From Candidatus Electronema halotolerans (GTDB lineage Bacteria; Desulfobacterota; Desulfobulbia; Desulfobulbales; Desulfobulbaceae), in assembly GCA_942493095.1 (NCBI GenBank), contig OW818675.1, positions 3,060,001-3,092,000 of the forward strand: a stretch of DNA of 32,000 bases. The letters are read 5' to 3'. The position numbers and the translations under genes are program-made. Under the pieces are notes generated by a model that saw nothing but the letters and a program-made list of their open reading frames with translations, had not been told where the DNA came from and made no database searches. Shown here piece by piece: positions 26,235-32,000 of this stretch. Position 1 is the first letter of the stretch. Every line of letters starts with the position of its first letter.

Positions 26235-27293
26235 TCAGAGCTTGCTGTCTGCCGCCATCTGCATGAAGGTTTTGTCAAAGCGGAGCTTGACATTGTTTTT
26301 GTCGCCCATGACTGAGCCGTCCGGGAAGGCGATGCCGACCAAGTCCTTGCTCGGCGCGCCGTCGCCGTAGAGACCGTGGTCAAAGCTGAAGCTGCGGACA
26401 TATTCCATAGTCTTTTTCACCTGATCATTCTGGGCAAAGGCAGCCGCCTCAGCAGGCGCATAGAACATCTTGGTGGCCTTGAGCTGGGACTTGAACTCGG
26501 CCAAGGTGCCGCCTGCCGACTTGGCCATCACCTCCAGAGCCTCCTTGCTCTTCTCCGGGCTGCTCATGATGCTCATGACCTCATACCACGCCCCTGTGAG
26601 CGCCTTCTTCAGGGCCTCCGGGGCATCGCTTCTGATCACCAGACAGTCAATGATCTCGCCGGGAATATTGGAGGAGTCAAAGATCAGGTTTGCGCCTTTG
26701 ACATTGCGCACCTGCATCAGGAGCGGATTCCATGTTGTCACCGCCGCTTTGGGGTTTTTAGTCGCCTCAGAGACAAAGAGCGAGGCAATGTCCGCGTCGC
26801 TGGTGTTGACCAAGCTCAGGTCCCGTTCTGTCATGCCATTCATGGCCAAGGCGCGGGCCAGCAGGTAGTGGGAGACTGAAAGCTGGACCAACCGCATCTT
26901 GCGTCCGGCCAAGTCCTTGACTGCGCTGGCGTTCATGGCCACGATGCCGTCATTGCCGTTGGAGAAGTCGCCGATGATCAGGGCCGTGGAATCCACTCCG
27001 CCGACAGCCGGAATGGTGAGCGCGTCCATGTTGGTCATCACGCAGCCGTCAAACTGACCGGCAGTGTACATGTTGATGCTTTCCACGTAGTCGTTGACTA
27101 AGACTATCTCCACCTTGTCCAAGCCTTCCTTCTTGGCCCACTTGTCCATGATGCCGGACTCCTGAATGTAGGCCCACGGCTCCCAGCCGGTGTAGTGCGA
27201 CCAAGCGATGCGGTAGGAGCCGCCTGCCAGAGCTTGGCCGGCAAGCAGCAGGAATGCAGCGAGTGCGGTCAGCAGAGTGATGCCTTTCTTCAT
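26235..27293 (-). CDS. ABC transporter substrate-binding protein (NitT/TauT or putative urea type)
   Basis: 352 aa; signal peptide MKKGITLLTALAAFLLLAGQALA, then YRIAWSHYTGWEPWAYIQESGIMDKWAKKEGLDKVEIVLVNDYVESINMYTAGQFDG. Confidence 0.88.
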   Translation of the reverse strand: MKKGITLLTALAAFLLLAGQALAGGSYRIAWSHYTGWEPWAYIQESGIMDKWAKKEGLDKVEIVLVNDYVESINMYTAGQFDGCVMTNMDALTIPAVGGVDSTALIIGDFSNGNDGIVAMNASAVKDLAGRKMRLVQLSVSHYLLARALAMNGMTERDLSLVNTSDADIASLFVSEATKNPKAAVTTWNPLLMQVRNVKGANLIFDSSNIPGEIIDCLVIRSDAPEALKKALTGAWYEVMSIMSSPEKSKEALEVMAKSAGGTLAEFKSQLKATKMFYAPAEAAAFAQNDQVKKTMEYVRSFSFDHGLYGDGAPSKDLVGIAFPDGSVMGDKNNVKLRFDKTFMQMAADSKL

Positions 27294-27305
27294 ACTTTGT
27301 TCTCC

Positions 27306-28514
27306 TTATTCGATGTCAAGATACATGGCTGGGCTGGCCTGATTGCCCTGCTCCAGCTTCCTGATTGCGTCTTCGGTGGTGTTGGTCAGCTTGTCCATTT
27401 CCAAGACATTGCGGGCCATCTGGGGCAGGGCCTCCTGCCGGAAGCGGGCAATGTCGTTCAGCGCGGCATGGATGTCAGTAAAAGCCTGCTTGAGCACTTG
27501 GATGTCAAGCTGACTGGTGGCAGCCTGCTTATGAATCTCGGTGCCCTGCTCCTTGAGCTTGCGGGCGGTTTCGCCGATCAGCTTGTTGGTGGTTTTATTG
27601 ACCGCTTCAATCTTCTTCAGGACAATGCGCTGATTGGCCAGAGCCAGAGCCACTGTCACGGCCACATTGAGGGCATTGATGGTCACATTCACAGCCCGGC
27701 TCACACCCCGGATCAGCTCTTTGTTGTTGCGGACTATGATTTCAATCGCCAAGACCGCCTGCTGGTTGACGGCCAGCTGCTGCTGCAAGTCCATGACCCG
27801 CTGCCGGAGCGGGAAGAGCAGCTCCTCTTTGATGAAATTGCTGCGCGGGTCGTCTGAGGGAAGCTCCTGCTCCACAACCTGATTGAGCTTCTCATCCACC
27901 AGCCTGCCCAGCTCAATTGACTTGCGCAGCTTGTGGGTGGCCAGACGGAGCTGCTTCTGGTCTTCAATCAGGGTGATATTGTCCCGCTTGAGGGTGTCGG
28001 CGCCGCCTTGGAGGGAGCGGAAAATCGCGTCAAGCACGGTCTGCGCGCTCTCGAACTGGAGAAAGTAGCGTTTGAGCGGGCTGCCGAGGCCGGGAATCAT
28101 GCCGAGCAGGCGGCCAAACCAGCCTGGCTCCAAGTCAAAGTTGCCCGGATCCAGCTCCTCCACCTTCACGTTCAGGTCAACCAAGGCATTGGCCACCGCG
28201 CCGCCGTCCTCGCCCTTCTGGGCCAGCTTGCGGATCGGCTCCTTGAGCATGGCGCTGCGCAGGGCCGAGTCCTTCTGGGCCTTGGCACCGAGATTGTCAA
28301 CTGCGGCAATGTTCTGCTGCCGGACTTCCACCTGCGAGTCATCTGCCGGGTTGAAGGACAGCACCTTGCTGACAAACTCAACCGCCATCTTTTCCAGCTC
28401 CGGGTCGCTTCCAGCACTGACCGGGGGCTGGGCCGGATCGACCAAGCCAAGCTCTTTGCTCAGTTGCTGCTCATCCACCTTGACCAAGGCGGCGCTCTGC
28501 ATCGTCTGCGTCAT
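27306..28514 (-). CDS. Toxic anion resistance protein TelA/KlaA family
   Basis: 402 aa; DNITLIEDQKQLRLATHKLRKSIELGRLVDEKL, AVLAIEIIVRNNKELIRGVSRAVNVTINALNVAVTVALALANQ. Confidence 0.88.
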   Translation of the reverse strand: MTQTMQSAALVKVDEQQLSKELGLVDPAQPPVSAGSDPELEKMAVEFVSKVLSFNPADDSQVEVRQQNIAAVDNLGAKAQKDSALRSAMLKEPIRKLAQKGEDGGAVANALVDLNVKVEELDPGNFDLEPGWFGRLLGMIPGLGSPLKRYFLQFESAQTVLDAIFRSLQGGADTLKRDNITLIEDQKQLRLATHKLRKSIELGRLVDEKLNQVVEQELPSDDPRSNFIKEELLFPLRQRVMDLQQQLAVNQQAVLAIEIIVRNNKELIRGVSRAVNVTINALNVAVTVALALANQRIVLKKIEAVNKTTNKLIGETARKLKEQGTEIHKQAATSQLDIQVLKQAFTDIHAALNDIARFRQEALPQMARNVLEMDKLTNTTEDAIRKLEQGNQASPAMYLDIE

Positions 28515-28568
28515 ATATTTTCCTCCTGATCTATGATTCAGACTGCGCGGCAGACCGCCCGCAGCCTC

Positions 28569-29444
28569 TTATGCGTACTGCTTGGCGCGGGCCGCCACCT
28601 GCTGAAGCTGGGCAATGGCGGTGTCAAAGTCGCCTTGGGCAAAAGCGGTGTTCGCAGACATGGCCGCCACTGAGGCCACGGTCTCTTCCAAGGCAGTCAT
28701 GGCCTCCTCATTGGCGGTGAGCAGCTCGTTGATCTGCTCCAGTTGCTTGGTGCGCAGCTGCCGCCGCCGGAGCAGGGTCTGCCGCTCCTTGCGGTCCGCC
28801 TCACTGCGCAACTGCTCCAGATTGGCCAGCCGCCGTTCAATGTAGTCCGCATCAATGCCGCCTGCGCTTTCCAGCAGGGAAACAATGCGCTGGAGATTGT
28901 CCAAGCTGCCAAGATAGACCTGCTCCGCCGCGCCAAGGAAGCGGCTGTAGGACAGCTCGCCCTGCTGGAACTTGGCTGCCAGGAGCGAGCGCAGCTTGTC
29001 AAATCTGAGCCGCATCCGCTCAAACTGCTCCAAGCCCTGCTCGGCATAGCTCTCTGCGCCGGGGATGTTCCGGCCTTGGGCAAGACCGCTGCGCAGGTGC
29101 TCCAGCATTTGCATTTTCTGGGCATTGGTTGCTTTGGTCAGTTCCCGCAGGTAGCGGGCGGAAAGGGCCTCAGACCGGAAAAAGATGTTGACCACCGCGC
29201 TGCCTGCGCCAAGGGCAAGGCCGCCGATCAGGCCGAGATACAGGGCTGGCGTATTGAAAAGATAGGCGGCAAAACCGAGCGGCAGAGCAAGGGCGGAAGG
29301 ATAAAGGGTCAGCCAGTGGGTCAGGCCCTGCTGCACAATGTGCCGCTGGATCGCCCCTTGGCTGAAGTCTTGAAGTTTGGGCGGGGAATGATGTGTCACC
29401 GGGACAAGGCGGAATGCGGCATCACGTTCTGCCCACGCCGACAT
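28569..29444 (-). CDS. Membrane/coiled-coil protein co-encoded with TelA (XpaC-like role possible)
   Basis: 291 aa; two TM stretches (LYPSALALPLGFAAYLF; LYLGLIGGLALGAGSAVVNIFF) then a long helical region; operonic position next to telA. Confidence 0.65.
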   Translation of the reverse strand: MSAWAERDAAFRLVPVTHHSPPKLQDFSQGAIQRHIVQQGLTHWLTLYPSALALPLGFAAYLFNTPALYLGLIGGLALGAGSAVVNIFFRSEALSARYLRELTKATNAQKMQMLEHLRSGLAQGRNIPGAESYAEQGLEQFERMRLRFDKLRSLLAAKFQQGELSYSRFLGAAEQVYLGSLDNLQRIVSLLESAGGIDADYIERRLANLEQLRSEADRKERQTLLRRRQLRTKQLEQINELLTANEEAMTALEETVASVAAMSANTAFAQGDFDTAIAQLQQVAARAKQYA

Positions 29445-30732
29445 AGCGGAAGCCCTGCGCCTTCATTACCTCAGGATCATAGACATTGCGCAGGTCAATG
29501 AAGACCGGCTCGCGCATGATCTTTTTGAGCCGCTCCAGATCAAGGGCGCGGTACTGATTCCATTCGGTCATCAGCACCACTGCATCCGCGCCTTCGCAGG
29601 CTGTGTAGGCATTGTCCGCATACACAATGCCTTCAGGCAGATATTTCTTCGCCTCTTCCATACCCTTGGGATCATGAGCGCGGATGTTCGCCCCTTTCTC
29701 CAACAGGGCCGGGAGTATGGTGATGGCCGGAGCATCGCGCATGTCGTCGGTCTCCGGCTTGAAGGTCAGGCCAAGCACCGCAATGACCTTGCCATGTTCG
29801 CTGCCGCCGACCGCGTCTCTGATCTTCTTGACCATCCGGGCCTTCTGGGCCGAGTTGACCTCAACCGCCGCCTCGACAATCCGCAGGCTTTCCCCGTATT
29901 CCTGCACCAAGCGCATCAGGGCCAAGGTGTCCTTTGGGAAGCAGGAGCCGCCATAGCCAGGGCCAGGATGGAGGAATTTGCTGCCAATCCTGCCGTCCAT
30001 GCCAATGCCTTTGGCCAAGGCGGCAACATCTGCGCCGACCGCCTCGCACACGGCAGCAATCTCGTTGATGAAGCTGATCTTCACGGCCAAGAAGGCATTG
30101 GCCGCATACTTGGTCAGCTCGGCTGTTTCAACAGAGGTGCTGACAACCGGGGTTTCCCGCAGATAGAGCGGTTTGTAAATCTCCCGCAGCACTTGCTCTG
30201 ACCGCTCTGACTCCACGCCGATCACCACCCGGTCTGGGCGCATGAAATCAGCAATGGCCGCGCCTTCACGGAGAAATTCAGGATTGGAGGCCACGTCAAA
30301 GTCCGCCTCTGGATTGGCCTCCCGGATGATTCGGGCCACCTGCCGGGCCGTGCCCACCGGCACCGTGCTTTTGTCAACAATCACCGTATAGCCGCGCAGG
30401 CTGGCCGCAATTTCCTTGGCTGCCGCATAGATGTAGCTCAGATCAGCGTAGCCGTCACCGCGCCGGGAGGAGGGTGTGCCCACCGCAATAAACACCGCCT
30501 CAGCCTCTGGCACCGCTTCCTCCAGCTTGGCCGTGAAACGGAGACGGCCCTCAGCGACATTTTTGGCCACCATGACATCTAAGCCCGGTTCATAGATCGG
30601 AATCTGCCCCTGCCGCAGCCGGTCGATCTTATCTTGGATTTTATCCACACAGACCACATCGTGGCCGAATTCAGCAAAACAGGTGCCAGTGACAAGGCCG
30701 ACGTAGCCAGTGCCGATCATTGCTATTTTCAT
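29422..30732 (-). CDS. ugd: UDP-glucose 6-dehydrogenase
   Basis: 436 aa; MKIAMIGTGYVGLVTGTCFAEFGHDVVCVD, KFLHPGPGYGGSCFPKDTLAL, GLTFKPETDDMRDAPAI. Confidence 0.96.
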   Translation of the reverse strand: MKIAMIGTGYVGLVTGTCFAEFGHDVVCVDKIQDKIDRLRQGQIPIYEPGLDVMVAKNVAEGRLRFTAKLEEAVPEAEAVFIAVGTPSSRRGDGYADLSYIYAAAKEIAASLRGYTVIVDKSTVPVGTARQVARIIREANPEADFDVASNPEFLREGAAIADFMRPDRVVIGVESERSEQVLREIYKPLYLRETPVVSTSVETAELTKYAANAFLAVKISFINEIAAVCEAVGADVAALAKGIGMDGRIGSKFLHPGPGYGGSCFPKDTLALMRLVQEYGESLRIVEAAVEVNSAQKARMVKKIRDAVGGSEHGKVIAVLGLTFKPETDDMRDAPAITILPALLEKGANIRAHDPKGMEEAKKYLPEGIVYADNAYTACEGADAVVLMTEWNQYRALDLERLKKIMREPVFIDLRNVYDPEVMKAQGFRYVGVGRT

Positions 30733-30828
30733 CTATACCCTTCCTTTCTTCAGAAGTCTTTTTCACAGTTCAGGAAACACATTCTTCTACCTGAGAATGC
30801 TGATGCCGCACCAGTGCTGACAATTCCA

Positions 30829-30857
30829 TTGACACAGCCGTAATCGTGTCTTAATCT
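30829..30857 (+). promoter_or_regulatory. Possible sigma70-type promoter upstream of the PF10118-type gene
   Basis: Perfect -35 TTGACA at 30829-30834, 17-bp spacer, weak -10 TAATCT at 30852-30857. Confidence 0.25.
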
Positions 30858-30967
30858 GCCCGAATAGAGAAGCAGCCTTCCTCTTGTTTTCCCGTTTCAC
30901 AAGAGAATCAGCATGAGCACGAGACAATGGCGGTCTCAAGCGCAGCAGGCCGCAATACGCAATATAA

Positions 30968-31804
30968 TTGATTATGCCTGACATAACACCAAGACTGCCT
31001 GCGACAGATTGGAGCAGCGGAATGCGGCGGCACTGGCTGAACAACGACCCGTCAGCCACCCATGTATTCAACGCCTGCTCGCTGATGGTTCCTCAGGCGG
31101 AGCGTTTCTTTATCAACGCAGTCCGCAACATGATGCAGATGCAATGCGCAAACCAGCTCCCGGCGGACTTGAACCGCTCAGTCAAGGATTTTCTCGCCCA
31201 AGAGGCCGTCCATACCAGCCAGCATCGTCAGTGCAATGCCATTCTGGAATCCTTTGGCTGGACAAGCCGCGCCCAGCAGGCAGCAAACTGGTTTGCGAAT
31301 CAGGCGCAGCAACGCATTTCACCGCTGAATCAGCTGGCCTTGGTCTGCGGCTGCGAGCACTGGACAGCAGTCATCGGCCTGCACCTGCTGGAAAAACCGC
31401 AGATTCTGGCTGCTGCTGACAGCGGCGTGGCTCTGCTCTGGAGCTGGCACGCAGCTGAGGAAATTGAGCACAGAGCCGTCTGCTTTGATCTGTATTTGGC
31501 AGTCGGCGGCGGATGGTTGCGGCGGGTTCTCGCCCTGCCGCTGGTAACTGCTGTCTGCGCTGTCATCTATTTTTGGCTGCTTTTTTCCCTGCTGCGGCAG
31601 GATGGCTGCCTGCGTCCCAGCAGACTCATGGCCACGCTGCGCAGCCTGTTCCGTTTTTTTTTCGGCCAAGCTGGCATGGCTTGGGCAGTCTTGCGCTCCG
31701 GCCTGGCGTGGCTGCGCCCCAGCTTTCATCCAGGCTGCGAGGAGCGCATACCGGTGCTGGAACAGTGGATAAACCAGCATCAGGACCAATTTCGCGGAGT
31801 TTAA
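30968..31804 (+). CDS. Metal-dependent hydrolase-like protein (PF10118/COG3687, diiron-like helical bundle)
   Basis: 278 aa; DFLAQEAVHTSQHRQCNAIL and LLWSWHAAEEIEHRAVCFDLYL motifs. Confidence 0.82.
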   Translation: MIMPDITPRLPATDWSSGMRRHWLNNDPSATHVFNACSLMVPQAERFFINAVRNMMQMQCANQLPADLNRSVKDFLAQEAVHTSQHRQCNAILESFGWTSRAQQAANWFANQAQQRISPLNQLALVCGCEHWTAVIGLHLLEKPQILAAADSGVALLWSWHAAEEIEHRAVCFDLYLAVGGGWLRRVLALPLVTAVCAVIYFWLLFSLLRQDGCLRPSRLMATLRSLFRFFFGQAGMAWAVLRSGLAWLRPSFHPGCEERIPVLEQWINQHQDQFRGV

Positions 31805-31830
31805 GAAACTGCGCAGGCTGCTGACCTGAG

Positions 31831-32000
31831 TCAGCTTCTTTCCCCAAAAATCGCCGTGCCGATGCGGATCATGGTTGCCCCTTCCTCAACAGCGACGACA
31901 AAATCTCCAGACAAGCCCATTGACAACTCCACTGCGCTGTTGTCATAAAACAGCTCCTCTTCGGCCAACTGCACGGAAAGCTGCTTCACGGTGCGGAACC
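31831..32000 (-). CDS. yggS: YggS/PLPBP-family pyridoxal-phosphate homeostasis protein, C-terminal part; runs off the right window edge
   Basis: Manual translation: FRTVKQLSVQLAEEELFYDNSAVELSMGLSGDFVVAVEEGATMIRIGTAIFGERS*. Confidence 0.92.
   Translation of the reverse strand, partial: FRTVKQLSVQLAEEELFYDNSAVELSMGLSGDFVVAVEEGATMIRIGTAIFGERS

Noticed and set aside
31626-31847. 73-aa minus-strand ORF MGKEADSGQQPAQFL...
   Set aside because: Overlaps the true YggS C-terminus (ends GTAIFGERS* at 31831) in a different frame and lies antisense to the PF10118-type gene.
1-32000. Insertion sequences, integrases, rRNA or tRNA genes
   Set aside because: Looked for transposase/integrase motifs in translations and for tRNA/rRNA-like sequence by eye; none was recognised. 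A tRNAscan/Rfam run would be decisive.

Overview
The window is a gene-dense bacterial chromosomal segment, mostly housekeeping and metabolic genes. The gene mix (acyl-CoA dehydratase activase, CooC-like ATPase, TPR/CHAT proteins) suggests an anaerobic proteobacterium, possibly Desulfobulbales, but that is inference only. Supported content: a sodium:solute symporter cluster at the left edge; a DUF4469/HU-like DNA-binding protein; a membrane-anchored TPR protein with nine near-identical 120-bp DNA repeats; a dicarboxylate:cation symporter; a 1430-aa BadF/DUF2229-type activase; a hydantoinase-family protein; a repetitive-stalk outer-membrane-type protein; a Bax-inhibitor-1 family protein; a CooC-like ATPase; a transglutaminase-like protein; DUF445; an orphan ABC substrate-binding protein beside TelA; UDP-glucose dehydrogenase; a PF10118-type protein; and the YggS C-terminus. 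The accessory part is about 17.7-24.4 kb. It holds several toxin-antitoxin-like pairs (one PIN toxin frameshifted), a possible methyltransferase tail remnant, a 23-bp-period tandem array of palindromic units, and a large CHAT-protease/STAND-NTPase/TPR protein translationally coupled to a small protein with a hydrophobic C-terminus. That last pair is the best candidate for an undescribed (defence or programmed-death-like) system.
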